Source: a candidate division FCPU426 bacterium (GTDB lineage: Bacteria; Oederibacteriota; Muellerivitia; Muellerivitales; Muellerivitaceae). Taken from it: a DNA stretch of 64,000 nt. Every line of letters starts with the position of its first letter. Within the stretch, counting starts at the first letter, position 1. The translations under genes were made by a program, and so were the position numbers. Under the pieces are notes generated by a model, which saw only the letters and a program-made list of their open reading frames with translations, did not search any database and was not told where the DNA came from. Where the stretch lies: assembly GCA_963847625.1 (NCBI GenBank), contig CAWKAR010000013.1, positions 120,733 to 184,732 of the forward strand. Direction: 5' to 3'. Below are positions 7,385-17,742 of the stretch, piece after piece.

Positions 7385-9850
7385 ATGAATCCAATACCCC
7401 TGGTTCCCCTCCCCATCGATCCCTTGTTGCCTGGGATCGTCAAGGAACTGGAAAAACAGGTCTCCGCCGTCGTCACGGCCGAACCGGGGGCCGGTAAGAC
7501 CACCCGGGTTCCTCCCGCCCTGCTGTCGGCCGGTTTTGCCAAGGACAAGGAAATCTGGGTCCTCCAGCCCCGAAGGATCGCGGCCAAGCTGGCCGCGGCG
7601 CGGGTAGCCGGCGAGCTGGGGGAGGAAATCGGGGAGAGGGTCGGATACCAGTTCCGCTTCGAGAAACGCCTTTCCCCCCGGACCCGCCTGAGATACCTCA
7701 CGGATGGAATGCTCATGCCCCTGGCCCAGTCCGACCCCGCCCTCTCCAAGGTGGCGGCGGTCGTCCTGGATGAGTTCCACGAGCGCAGTCTCGCCCTGGA
7801 CCTGGGGCTGGGCTGGCTGAAAAAACTCCAGGCGGGGCCGCGTCCCGACCTTCGCATCCTGGTCATGAGCGCCACCCTGGACGCCGGCCCGCTCTCGGAA
7901 TACCTTTCCGGGTGCCGGGTTTTCAACAGCCTGGGCAAGCTCTTTCCCGTGGATATCCAATACCATCCCTACCCCCAGGAACGGGACCTTTCCCTGAAGG
8001 TGCGGTCCGCCGTGAAGCAACTCACCTCGGGCGGAACCCAGGGAACCATCCTGGTATTCCTGCCGGGCCAGGGGGAAATCAACCGTTGCAAGCAAGCCCT
8101 TCAAAAAGATTCCCTGGAAGTCTGCCCCCTCTACGGCGGCCTTTCCATGGAAGAACAGCAAAAAGCCCTGGAGCCCTCCAAGGGGACCAAGGTCATCCTC
8201 TCGACCAACCTGGCGGAGACTTCCTTGACCGTCCAGGGCGTGACGGCGGTGGTGGATTCGGGCCTCACCCGTCAATCCCGGGTCTCACCCTGGTCGGGCC
8301 TGGAAAGCCTGGTGACGGTTCCCTCCAGCCAGGCCTCCGCGGCCCAGAGGGCGGGCCGGGCCGGACGCCTCCAGGCGGGCGTCTGCCTGCGCCTTTACTC
8401 CAAGCTCGATTTCGACCACAGGCCGGCGTTCGACCTGCCGGAGCTGCAACGCTCGGACCTGGCCAAGCCGATCCTGGACCTGAAGTCCTTCGGCGCGGAT
8501 AGCCTGGAAAGTTTTCCCTGGTTCCAAAAGCCATCCTCTTCCCTGCTGGAATCCTCCCAGGCCCTGCTCCAAGGCATGGGCGCCATGGGTAAAGACGGCA
8601 AACTGACCCAACTGGGCGCAAGAATGGCCCATATGTCCCTCCATCCCCGCCTTTCCAAGTTCCTCATGGAGGCCGAGGAACTCTCTCCCAAAGATACCCG
8701 CACGCTCCGTTCCGCCTGCCGGTTGGCCGCCCTCATCAGCGGTGAAAAAGCGGAGTCGGAGGACTTGTTGGAAGAGTTGAAAAGATATAAACCCAGTTAC
8801 GAGTCCCAACGGTTGGAGGAACAACTGGCCGGGCTGTTAAAGCTGGATGCCCGGAAGGGCCCTGGAAATTCCGGCCCTATCGATACGGCGGTCCTGGCCA
8901 AAAGCCTGCTTTCGGCTTTTCCGGACCGGGTGGCCCTGGTCCGCGCCGGCCAATCGTCGGCGACCCGCCATTCCGCGGGGAGCAAGCGGGAACTCCTGCT
9001 ATGCGGGGGAGGCACGGCCGTCGCGGGCGACAGCTCCCTGACGCGGCATCACGGGCTTTTCGTTGTGATCGAGGCCCAGGAAACCACCCATGGCACCCAA
9101 GCCCAGGTGCAAGCCCGGTCCCTTTGCCCCATCGAGATGGACTGGCTTCTCGACCTGTTCCCGCAAAACCTTTCCGAGGAGCAAACCCTCGAGTGGAACG
9201 AAAAATCCAAACGCGTGGAAGGCTTCAAGCGCCTGAAGTATTTCCAACTGGTCTTGGACGAGAAACCCCTGGCGCCCGGCGATTTCGGCCCCGAAGCCGC
9301 TTCCCTTTTATTGAAGGAAGCCCTCTCGGCAGGACCCCAGGCCTATTGCGACCCGGAGGAACTGGAAATGTTGTTGAACCGCGCGCGTTTCGTCGCGGGC
9401 AGGGCCAAGGATTTCCCATTGATCACTGAGGAAAACATTAAGAGCACATTAAAGGATTTATGCCAGGGTTGCCGGAGCCTGGAGGATTTGAAAGAAGCCG
9501 GTTTGGTGGCGGCCTTGAAGGCGGGCCTTTCCCCCCAGGACCGGTCCCTTTTTGAAAATCTGGCCCCGGAGCATTTGACCCTTCCCTCGGGCCGGAAACT
9601 CATCCTCCATTATGAGGAAGGCAAACCGCCCTGGGGGGAATCCCGCATCCAGGATTTTTTCGGGATGAAAAAAGGCCCGGCGGTGGCGGGGGGCAAGGTG
9701 CCGGTGGTGCTTCACCTTCTCTCGCCCGCCAAGCGCCCGGTCCAGGTGACCAGCGACCTGGCGGGGTTCTGGGAAAAACACTATCCCCAGGTCCGAAAGG
9801 AATTGTCCCGGCGGTATCCCCGGCACAAATGGCCGGAAAACCCGGGGTAA
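7385..9850 (+). CDS. hrpB: ATP-dependent helicase HrpB
   Basis: AEPGAGKTT, DEFHER, MSAT, STNLAETSLT, QRAGRAGR and the HrpB C-terminus LSPAKRPVQVTSDLAGFW...RYPRHKWPENP. Confidence 0.95.
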   Translation: MNPIPLVPLPIDPLLPGIVKELEKQVSAVVTAEPGAGKTTRVPPALLSAGFAKDKEIWVLQPRRIAAKLAAARVAGELGEEIGERVGYQFRFEKRLSPRTRLRYLTDGMLMPLAQSDPALSKVAAVVLDEFHERSLALDLGLGWLKKLQAGPRPDLRILVMSATLDAGPLSEYLSGCRVFNSLGKLFPVDIQYHPYPQERDLSLKVRSAVKQLTSGGTQGTILVFLPGQGEINRCKQALQKDSLEVCPLYGGLSMEEQQKALEPSKGTKVILSTNLAETSLTVQGVTAVVDSGLTRQSRVSPWSGLESLVTVPSSQASAAQRAGRAGRLQAGVCLRLYSKLDFDHRPAFDLPELQRSDLAKPILDLKSFGADSLESFPWFQKPSSSLLESSQALLQGMGAMGKDGKLTQLGARMAHMSLHPRLSKFLMEAEELSPKDTRTLRSACRLAALISGEKAESEDLLEELKRYKPSYESQRLEEQLAGLLKLDARKGPGNSGPIDTAVLAKSLLSAFPDRVALVRAGQSSATRHSAGSKRELLLCGGGTAVAGDSSLTRHHGLFVVIEAQETTHGTQAQVQARSLCPIEMDWLLDLFPQNLSEEQTLEWNEKSKRVEGFKRLKYFQLVLDEKPLAPGDFGPEAASLLLKEALSAGPQAYCDPEELEMLLNRARFVAGRAKDFPLITEENIKSTLKDLCQGCRSLEDLKEAGLVAALKAGLSPQDRSLFENLAPEHLTLPSGRKLILHYEEGKPPWGESRIQDFFGMKKGPAVAGGKVPVVLHLLSPAKRPVQVTSDLAGFWEKHYPQVRKELSRRYPRHKWPENPG

Positions 9851-9920
9851 TTCTTTAAAATGCGATTTTAAATGTTGAATGTTGAAATCTAAAAGGCGTT
9901 AAGTAAAAACCAAGTCCTTT

Positions 9921-10053
9921 GCCACGGATTCAGGGGATTCATTTAGATGGCCAAAACCAATTCCTAACACCTCACTACTAATTGTTTTTATATCCCATAT
10001 ATCCCATGCATCCGTGGCTAAGTTTATTTTGGGTAGGTGTGACTTAAATTTAT
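9921..10053 (+). repeat. GCCACGGAT...ATCCGTGGC palindromic element, copy A
   Basis: Inverted arms at 9921 and ~10010-10018 plus a conserved TATTTTGG..AGGTGTGA tail. Confidence 0.8.
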
Positions 10054-10108
10054 AATTTTCTGTATTTCGATTTTTTTCCCCTTAAAATGCGGCACGGAGG
10101 TTTGAAAA

Positions 10109-10678
10109 ATGGACAAGAAACTTTTGGAGAATTTGGGGCCCCTGGCCCCCCTGCCCGGCATTTGGGAAGGGCAAACCGGGGATGACATCGCGCCCTCCGA
10201 CGACCGGGGGACCGAGAACAACAAGTACCGGGAAAGGATGACCTTCGAGCCCCTTCCTCCCGTCCAAAACCACGAGCAAATGATGTACGGCCTGCGTTAC
10301 CTGACCCAGGCTTGGCGCTTGGGTGAGGCGGACCCCTTCCACGACGAAGTGGGCTATTGGCTGTGGGAGGAAAAGAAAGGCATGATCCTGAAATGCGTTA
10401 TGGTTCCCCGCGGGGTAGGTCTGATCGCCTCAGGCAAGGCGAAGCCGGACGCCAAGATTTTCAAGTTGTCCGCCATGGCGGGGAGCCCCTATGGGATCGT
10501 CGAAACCCCGTTCTTGAGCGAGGAATTCCAAACGGTGGGATTCGATTTGGAAATGAACATCCAAGAACCCCGCATCCTGACTTACAAACAAGTGACCAGC
10601 CTCAGGATTAAGGGCCAGGACAGCGTTTTCGAGCACAAGGACCAAAACACGCTGAAATTTATCCGGCCGGTGGAATGA
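10109..10678 (+). CDS. Nitrobindin/FABP-like heme-binding beta-barrel protein (DUF1794-like)
   Basis: LGPLAPLPGIWEG...YRERMTFEP...YGLRY...PFHDEVGYWLW...FEHKDQNTL. Confidence 0.85.
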   Translation: MDKKLLENLGPLAPLPGIWEGQTGDDIAPSDDRGTENNKYRERMTFEPLPPVQNHEQMMYGLRYLTQAWRLGEADPFHDEVGYWLWEEKKGMILKCVMVPRGVGLIASGKAKPDAKIFKLSAMAGSPYGIVETPFLSEEFQTVGFDLEMNIQEPRILTYKQVTSLRIKGQDSVFEHKDQNTLKFIRPVE

Positions 10679-10903
10679 ACGGCTAAGGCAAACCCTTCTT
10701 AGCCACAGATGCAGGGGATGCATGACATTCCAAAAAACCAGGAATGAATTATGAATGAACTGCCAAGGCAAACCCTTCTTAGCCACAGATGCAGGGGATG
10801 CAATTAGATGGCCGAAGAAAAGAGGCTTTAAATATTTATGTGTTTATTAAATCCCATGAATCCCATGCATCCGTGGCTAAAGTCTATTTTGGACAGGTGT
10901 GAA
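10673..10903 (+). repeat. GCCACAGAT...ATCCGTGGC element, copy B, with internal 80-bp-period duplication
   Basis: A 50-nt block occurs at both 10673 and 10753. The whole element matches the reverse complement of 16471-16624 plus 17692-17742. Confidence 0.85.
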
Positions 10904-10980
10904 ATTAAACCATAATTGTTAATTCAAAATTAATCATTCTAACAACAGGCAGGTTATGAAAACCCCAATTGGCATATTCA

Positions 10981-11538
10981 ATGCGCGACTCTAATAACAT
11001 TCATATCCCAAAGGAGACCACGCATCGTCTGGCCCGGAAGGCCTTGTTCGCGTTCCTTTTGATCTTCCTCATCGCGCGGATTGACGTATTCCTCATCATG
11101 TCCGGTTGGATACCCAATATGTATTTCTTCCTGAAGGGGACCCATGTCCACCACCTGAATTACGGCATTTTCCTGCTGTCTTTTGTGGGAGGTTACAGCG
11201 TGTTTCAGCGGCCTACGGGAAGGGCGGCTGAAATCACCGCCTTTTTTTACGGAGTGGCCCTCGCCCTCACATTCGACGAGTTCGGAATGTGGTTGCACCT
11301 GGGCGGCAGTTATTGGCAAAGGGTGAGCGTGGACGCCGTCATCGTGGTCGCGGCCCTGATCGGGCTGTTGGCGTACGCGCGGACCATTAAGCGTTTCGAA
11401 GCCAGGCATCTCTGGTCTTTCATCGCCCTGGCGGTTTTCCTGGTTGTTTTCGCGATTGTATTAACCCACGCAGGAAACAAAATCGGCGATACGGTGGGCC
11501 CGAAACTCCAGGAACTGGAAGCCTCTTCCTCGCCCTGA
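10981..11538 (+). CDS. Conserved integral membrane protein
   Basis: About five hydrophobic segments; HVHHLNYG and ALTFDEFGMWLHL motifs. Start is 10969 or 10981. Confidence 0.75.
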   Translation: MRDSNNIHIPKETTHRLARKALFAFLLIFLIARIDVFLIMSGWIPNMYFFLKGTHVHHLNYGIFLLSFVGGYSVFQRPTGRAAEITAFFYGVALALTFDEFGMWLHLGGSYWQRVSVDAVIVVAALIGLLAYARTIKRFEARHLWSFIALAVFLVVFAIVLTHAGNKIGDTVGPKLQELEASSSP

Positions 11539-11691
11539 AGCTTCGTATCAGGCAGTGTGTGTAGCTCTATTTATTGTTAACTCATTCAGAGACCCGTCCC
11601 CGTCGTGAAAAAATAAAATTATTCTATACCCAACCTTGTCCCCTCCGTAGACAACCTACTTCATTAGAGCTTAAAAGATAAAGTTATGTGA

Positions 11692-13854
11692 CTACATCTC
11701 CATCACAATAGCGTCGTAGTATTTCAGGGAAGGGACCTGTATCTTCATTGTCTTGCCGTCGTATTCAAAGGGAAGTTTCTGTGCTCCCTTGAAATCAGGT
11801 GAGACCATGTAAACCTTCGACGGTTTTTTGTCCGTTTCCAAGGACGCCTTGAATCCACCCAACGGTTCGATCTTCCCGTCGTAATTGTGGTTGACCAGGT
11901 GAAGGACCAGACGTTTGGGCTTATCCTGGGCCATCAAGTTTAAGGATATGTTTTTTTCTTCGACCGTAACAGGTTGAGGGGCGTATTCATTATGGTGGTA
12001 TAAATCCGCATGGTTCTTGTAGTACAGAACATAATCCTTGGTGAAATCCAGCATCCCCAGGTCCTGTGCACTCGGGCCTGCGTCCGTCGTTTCCAGGTGA
12101 AAGGCATAATAACAACCTGCGGCATAGGCTTCGGCGGCGTAGATCTGCCAGAAATCCTTCTTTTGTTCTAGCGGCAAGGCGCAATAGTTATTGATCGCTT
12201 CGTTGGTGAAATCCAGGAAGAACACCAGGGGCACCTTGCCGGAGGTTTGTTGGCTTCTTCGGTTCATTATTTTATAGGCGTCCATGAGCGGCTTGTCGCC
12301 CCTCAATGAGCCTTTCTCGACCGGCACATAATCGTACCCCGACCAGTCGCTGATACCGTCGCCCTTGTCGCAATTGGGGGTATAGATGCCCAAGCTGTTG
12401 AAGTCCGCGTAAGGCATGATGCCGTTGTCGGTGACCAGCAGCTTCTTCCCGTATTTTTCCAGGGCGTAACGCCGGAGTTCGTCAATGATTTCCTTGTAGT
12501 ATTTCGGGATATAGGTGCCGGTGAAGGTGTCGGAAAGGTACATCCGGTTGCCGATGACTTTTCCCCACTCCTTAGCCAGGGGGTTGGATGGGCTGAGGAC
12601 GCATTTTCCACCCCAATTGTTTTCGGTCCAGCCGTTCTTTTGCAGGTAGTTCCGGTAGTTGAAGTTCCTTTTCAGATCCTCCGGCGGGACATCCCTTTTG
12701 AGGATGTTGTCGTCCGTCATCTTGAACTCGCTTTTCCAATCGGCTGCCTGGTACTGGGGGTATTTGGCAAGGAGATAGCGGTTGAAATCCGCGATCGAGG
12801 CGTCCTCGTATCCCTCGTTGTTGGTCCAATTCCGCTGGGGGCCTCCCAGATAGGGCGAGTTGGGCTCATCAAAGTGGATACCGTCGGCGCCGCCGTCGAT
12901 CTGGATCTTGCAGATGTCGGTGATGTATTTGCGGTAGAGGGGGTTGGCCAGCGAGCCGCGGTATTGGTCGGGTCCGATGCCGAGACCCTGGTCGGCCCAA
13001 GGCACCAACTCGCCGTTTGCGTCCCGGGTTGCCATGTCGCGGAACTGCGCCTCATCCTTGAACTCCTGTTTCTGGATGACCGTGGTCATGCCGCCCATAT
13101 AGAGGATCCCGGCGTGATGGCTGGCCTTGACCGCGTCAAAGTTGTAATCCTCCGGATGGTTGCCGTTCGTCCCCCATTTAATGACGGACCGGTCATTGAT
13201 GTCGGCTTTTACCTCGCAGATCCAGGGGTTGTTCTCCTTCAGCGTCTGCTGGCCGTAAACGTAAACGGTTAGGCGGTTGATGTCTGTGTCCAGCTTCCGG
13301 TCCTCCAAGCCCAGGAGTGCGGTTTTCAGCGGCTTTTGAGTGACATCCTTGAGCGTGACGTGGGCGAGGGTGACGCGGCCCGGCGCGGTGAACAAGAACT
13401 GGAACATCGCCGCCTCATCGGTGGGATTGGTCATGGTGAAGGTGTATGTGTACTTTGTCATTTTTTGGCTGAGCGGGAAACTCCTCATCTTGGAGTAGGC
13501 GGTCCAGGGTTCCTTGCCCAGTTGCACCTGGGATATCAGGGTGAAGGTCTGGTCGGCTTTCGCCTCGAAGGATGCCTCATAGGATCGGCCGTACTCAATC
13601 CTCACGTCCGGCTGTAGGCACCCGATCGACCAGGGGGACCCGAGCGTGTCGATCCGAATCTCGGCGGCCCCGTCACGGACGGTAAATTCACCCGTAGTAC
13701 CTGGATGAGTCCAGAAATTCCAACCTTGGGTCCCTTGGCTGAAATCGCCGTTCTGGAGCATGTTATTCCCTTGGGAAGGGGGAGCGGCGGACAGGAAAAG
13801 CGATAAGGAAAACATCGTCAGCACACATACACCGGTTTTGAAAAAACGTCCCAT
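11692..13854 (-). CDS. Secreted CBM4/9-like domain + putative glycoside hydrolase
   Basis: Signal peptide; NMLQNGDFSQGTQGW...YEASFEAKAD CBM-like domain; later GSLANPLYRKY...GGADGIHFDEP; C-terminal LVLHLVNHNY beta domain. Confidence 0.7.
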   Translation of the reverse strand: MGRFFKTGVCVLTMFSLSLFLSAAPPSQGNNMLQNGDFSQGTQGWNFWTHPGTTGEFTVRDGAAEIRIDTLGSPWSIGCLQPDVRIEYGRSYEASFEAKADQTFTLISQVQLGKEPWTAYSKMRSFPLSQKMTKYTYTFTMTNPTDEAAMFQFLFTAPGRVTLAHVTLKDVTQKPLKTALLGLEDRKLDTDINRLTVYVYGQQTLKENNPWICEVKADINDRSVIKWGTNGNHPEDYNFDAVKASHHAGILYMGGMTTVIQKQEFKDEAQFRDMATRDANGELVPWADQGLGIGPDQYRGSLANPLYRKYITDICKIQIDGGADGIHFDEPNSPYLGGPQRNWTNNEGYEDASIADFNRYLLAKYPQYQAADWKSEFKMTDDNILKRDVPPEDLKRNFNYRNYLQKNGWTENNWGGKCVLSPSNPLAKEWGKVIGNRMYLSDTFTGTYIPKYYKEIIDELRRYALEKYGKKLLVTDNGIMPYADFNSLGIYTPNCDKGDGISDWSGYDYVPVEKGSLRGDKPLMDAYKIMNRRSQQTSGKVPLVFFLDFTNEAINNYCALPLEQKKDFWQIYAAEAYAAGCYYAFHLETTDAGPSAQDLGMLDFTKDYVLYYKNHADLYHHNEYAPQPVTVEEKNISLNLMAQDKPKRLVLHLVNHNYDGKIEPLGGFKASLETDKKPSKVYMVSPDFKGAQKLPFEYDGKTMKIQVPSLKYYDAIVMEM

Positions 13855-14360
13855 ATCGATGCCTCCCAGTGGCTTCTTTTAAACAGGGTGTCCCAGCCTT
13901 CATAAACCCCGGCTGAAATCACACTTATTGGACGAAACCGGATTTCGGAAGTGTCGTGAATAGAACGAGGTTTTTTAAAAAATGGATTTACTCAAATGAC
14001 CTTGCCCAGCTAAGGAGGCGAATAATTTGCGCTTCACACTTCTGCCGTTACCTGTCCACGACCCCTGCAACAAGCCGGGGGCGGCAACGAACCATCGCTG
14101 CGGTGCGATGGTTTCCCCATCGTGGACAACTTAATCAGGTTTTCTTTTACGTAGACTCTTTACATTATCTATGTAATCGCCAAATTTAAACCGGCCTGTG
14201 ATAGAAACCATTCCCATGCCGAATGATAAATATAAGAAACTTAAACAAAATAAAATCCTAAACCAAAGTTGGCTATGAAATCCTTTACTCATTCCCGCCC
14301 AATTGGGCAACACCCTTTACTCTTCTACTCAGTTGTTCACGACGGGTCCCCATTATTCTC

Positions 14361-16142
14361 CTACTTTAAAACCACCGGCAATTGAAGCCCGTCCTTGGCC
14401 AGACGCGCCGGGATTGTCGCGGTCTTGGAACCCTTGGTCACCGTCACCTCGTAATCCCCCAGGAAACCCCGCGTTTGATAGGAACCCTGGTCGTCCGTCT
14501 CGCCATCGGCGTTGGTCCACCAGTCCTTCAGGACCAGGTCCTCATAGGCCCGGCCCGACGGCTTTTCGGTCCAATCCTTGTGGAAGAGCGGCGCCTTCGA
14601 TTGCCAATGGGCCCCGTCCCAGAATCCCCACATTAAAAATCCGTTGGTCGAGGGATGGCTGAAAACAGCGGTTAAGAAGTCCTTCAGGAACTGGGCGTCC
14701 AATTGGCCGTCCGTAATGTTCGTATCGTATTCGGTGATTTCAACGGGCAATCCATGGGCCCCGAGCTGGTCCAGGGTCTTGAGCAACGCGGGGATGGACC
14801 AGGGGGAATTGCCCACGTGGCCCTGCAAGCCGATTCCGCCCAAGGGCGCGCCGGCTTTAAGAAGGTACCCAATGATTTTGTCGTAGGCGTCCAGGTGTCC
14901 CGTGGAATCCGGGCTGGGGTAGTCGTTCACGAAGAGGACCGCTTTCGGGTCCGCCTCCCGGGCCGTCTTGTACCAGGTGACCATGGCGCTATCCCCCAAC
15001 AGGTCCGTCAACTGGTGCTCCGGGACCGGTTCGTTGACCACGTCCCACTCCGCCAGCTGTCCCTTCATGGTGCCGCCCACGTCCTTGATCCGGCTTTCGA
15101 TTTTATCCTCCAGGGCCTTGGGATCGCCCGCCAGCGGCTTCACGTCGGCCGGGATGTAGCGCCAGGTACCCCAAACCATGTTGTGGCCCCTCACCTCGAA
15201 CTTCCGCTGGGAAAGCCACTTCATCGCCCCCTCCACGTATTCGCGTTTCCAGTAACCGCTGTTGGAGGCTCCCTCTTCCCAGGGCCCCCATTTCAGGTCG
15301 TTCTCGAAAACCACCTTGTTGAAAAGCCTCGCGACCTCCTTTTGGTAACGGTCGTTGTCGATATCCTCCGTCGCCAGGTCCTTCGCCACCACGGCCGCGC
15401 CGAAGCCGAAAGCGTGGCGTTTCATGCGCACCGACACCTTCGCGCCCGGCAAGGGATTCCCCTTGCCGTCTTTCACGGTCACGGTCAAGTCACCCTTGCG
15501 GATCTTCTCGATGCGTTCCCGCGCTTCCTTGCGCCAGGGCGCGTCGGCCTCCTCGCCTTCATAGGTCAGCTTGGTCTGGGGCAGGTCCCCGACTTTCACC
15601 TGGGTGCCGTAGTTCGTCACTTTGAGGCCGGCCAGTTCGAAGACTTGCGGGTGATATCCCATGCGGAAGCAAATATGGGATTTTCCCCCGTCCAAATCTT
15701 CCGCGATGGTGAAGGGAATTGAAAATTTTCTCCATTTCGGCCCGGCTGAAAGGGTGTAGCTGACGGATTTCGTCCAGGGGTCGCCCATGCGCTCGAAGAC
15801 GAACTCGCTGGAGGCCTCGCCGCTTTCCACGCTGGTCTGGGCGGCCCGCATCCAGAATTCGGCCAATACCACGTCGCCGGCCTTCACCGCCACCGGGATG
15901 GGGGCCTCCACCTGTACGTCCCAAACATTGGTGGTGGCTACCAGGGTGGTGAGTTTGATGGCTTCCTTGAAGGTCTGGCCCTCCGCCGGAACCAGCTCGG
16001 CGGTTCCCTTTTCCTTGTTCGTGATGTTTAAAACCTCGATGCCCGGCTTGGAAAAGAGGTCTTGGCCCCCGGGAGGGGCCGTCTGGGCGAATAAAGAGGC
16101 GGGAAACAGCAGGATGAAACTAACAATGAAATTTTTAAGCAT
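14361..16142 (-). CDS. GH10 endo-1,4-beta-xylanase with N-terminal CBM-like domain
   Basis: FENDLKW, VRGHNMVW, EWDVVNEP (acid/base), GIGLQGH, EITEYD (nucleophile), WGFWD; signal peptide. Confidence 0.92.
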   Translation of the reverse strand: MLKNFIVSFILLFPASLFAQTAPPGGQDLFSKPGIEVLNITNKEKGTAELVPAEGQTFKEAIKLTTLVATTNVWDVQVEAPIPVAVKAGDVVLAEFWMRAAQTSVESGEASSEFVFERMGDPWTKSVSYTLSAGPKWRKFSIPFTIAEDLDGGKSHICFRMGYHPQVFELAGLKVTNYGTQVKVGDLPQTKLTYEGEEADAPWRKEARERIEKIRKGDLTVTVKDGKGNPLPGAKVSVRMKRHAFGFGAAVVAKDLATEDIDNDRYQKEVARLFNKVVFENDLKWGPWEEGASNSGYWKREYVEGAMKWLSQRKFEVRGHNMVWGTWRYIPADVKPLAGDPKALEDKIESRIKDVGGTMKGQLAEWDVVNEPVPEHQLTDLLGDSAMVTWYKTAREADPKAVLFVNDYPSPDSTGHLDAYDKIIGYLLKAGAPLGGIGLQGHVGNSPWSIPALLKTLDQLGAHGLPVEITEYDTNITDGQLDAQFLKDFLTAVFSHPSTNGFLMWGFWDGAHWQSKAPLFHKDWTEKPSGRAYEDLVLKDWWTNADGETDDQGSYQTRGFLGDYEVTVTKGSKTATIPARLAKDGLQLPVVLK

Positions 16143-16304
16143 GGGGAAAGTTTCCTTTTTATTTGGGATTTGCGGCATGAACAACGATCACGCTCATAGC
16201 CCTCAAAGGGGCCATGATTCATGGCCAGCAACCGCCATGATCATAAGGTTTTACGCGGATAATGGAATTAAAAAATCAAAAGTGGAAATGCAAGCCAAGC
16301 CGGT

Positions 16305-16446
16305 ATTTATTTCAAGTCACACCTGTCTAAAATAATATCTAGCCGCGGATGTGCCGATTCACATTAAGACAGTTAAAGAAATCGGTACGATACCAGCCTC
16401 ATTAAAAGAATTATTGATGGCTGGCATGCATGGGATATATGGGATT
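16305..16446 (-). repeat. GCCACGGAT element, copy C (partial), interrupted by the miniature element
   Basis: Reverse complement of ~9992-10053 once 16352-16428 is removed. Confidence 0.7.
16352..16426 (+). mobile_element. 75-bp double-hairpin MITE-like element, TG target duplication
   Basis: TGCCGAT..ATCGGTA cga TACCAGCC..GGCTGGCA flanked by TG/TG. Removal restores GGATGCATGGG. Confidence 0.65.
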
Positions 16447-16636
16447 TGCTTAAAATTAAAAATTTAACATCACACCTATCCCAAATAAACCTAGCCACGG
16501 ATGCATGGGATTCATTGGATTTAACAAACACAAATATTTAAAGCCTCTTTTCTTCGGCCATCTAAATGCATCCCCTGCATCTGTGGCTAAGAAGGGTTTG
16601 CCTTAGCAGTTCATTCATAATTCAAAATTTAGAATT

Positions 16637-17691
16637 GCCGAATTCACGGAGTAAGTGCAACACTTCGCCGGAAGACTTCCGCCGGAGTTTTAAAGCCCAA
16701 ACATTTCCTGGGCCTGTTATTGAGCCATCTTTCTATGGTCCTGAATTCTTTGAAGGACACTTTAGCAAGATCAGTCTTTTTAGGCAAATGGCGGCGGACA
16801 AGACCGATAGTATTTTCCACCGTACCTTTTTCCCAACTGTGGAAAGGGGCGCAGAAAAAGGATTTTGTACCAAGCACGTGGTTGGTTTCCAAGTGGTTGG
16901 TGTTTTCGGTTCCGTTGTCATAGGTCAGACTCAGGCGGGCGTCTTGAGGGAAGCGGCATAAAGCGCGGTTGAGGCTATGACTCATTTGGCGAGCGGTCTT
17001 TCGTTTGAGCTTTCCCAACTTGGAAAAACGGCTTTGACGCTCGACGAGAGCCCGCATAGCCACTTTACTCTGACGAGAGACCATGGTGTCGGTTTCCCAA
17101 TGGCCGAATTGCTTGCGTTGATTGGCGATCTCGGAGCGCTTATCGATGGAAACACGGCCTGGGATATGGTTTTTGGCGTGCTTACGGCTATGGCCAAATG
17201 AGAATCGTCGCCGGTGGTGTCGAACTAGGCAAGGAATCAGCTCAGTGGCTTCAGCATAAACCCACTGATAGATAGCTTCAGGACCAATGGTTTGCTTAGG
17301 CCGTAGGTGACCTAATCGACCTGAAATGAGTTCTGGAGACCAGCCTCGTTTCAATTGACGACGGACGTAGGCACGAATTCGTTTTGTTTTCAGGCGTAAA
17401 CGGCGTGCTCGTTGTTGGTTGCGGTCAACATACCGTTGATGGGCTCGATGAGAAAGATAATAACCAGAACGGATAGGGGGAGCATTGCGCTTGAGTTCCC
17501 TGGAGAGGGTGGAAGGAGACCTCTTCAAGGCGCGTGAAATTGCTCGAAGGCTAAGACCCTTTCCTTTCAAGACGGATAAATGATCTCTTTCTTCAACGCT
17601 TAAATGCTTGTATTTCTTTTTCATAGCCGCATATCCTATTCATGCGGCCTTCTTCAGACACTAAGTGTTGCACTTACTTATGGAACTCGGG
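16637..17691 (-). mobile_element. IS30 family insertion sequence
   Basis: Inverted repeats CCGAATTCACGGAGTAAGTGCAACACTT / AAGTGTTGCACTTACTTATGGAACTCGG; ATT duplicated at 16634-16636 and 17692-17694. Confidence 0.92.
16644..17624 (-). CDS. IS30 family transposase
   Basis: YKHLSVEER..., STLSRELKRN, GHWETDT, LTYDNGTE, SWEKGTVENTIGLVR, LNNRPRKCLGFKTP. Confidence 0.95.
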   Translation of the reverse strand: MKKKYKHLSVEERDHLSVLKGKGLSLRAISRALKRSPSTLSRELKRNAPPIRSGYYLSHRAHQRYVDRNQQRARRLRLKTKRIRAYVRRQLKRGWSPELISGRLGHLRPKQTIGPEAIYQWVYAEATELIPCLVRHHRRRFSFGHSRKHAKNHIPGRVSIDKRSEIANQRKQFGHWETDTMVSRQSKVAMRALVERQSRFSKLGKLKRKTARQMSHSLNRALCRFPQDARLSLTYDNGTENTNHLETNHVLGTKSFFCAPFHSWEKGTVENTIGLVRRHLPKKTDLAKVSFKEFRTIERWLNNRPRKCLGFKTPAEVFRRSVALTP

Positions 17692-17742
17692 ATTCATAAT
17701 TCATTCCTGGTTTTTTGGAATGTCATGCATCCCCTGAATCTG

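Noticed and set aside
7268..9826. Long antisense and alternate-frame ORFs over hrpB (similar ones over other GC-rich genes)
   Set aside because: Shadow ORFs from GC-rich codon usage with no recognisable motifs.
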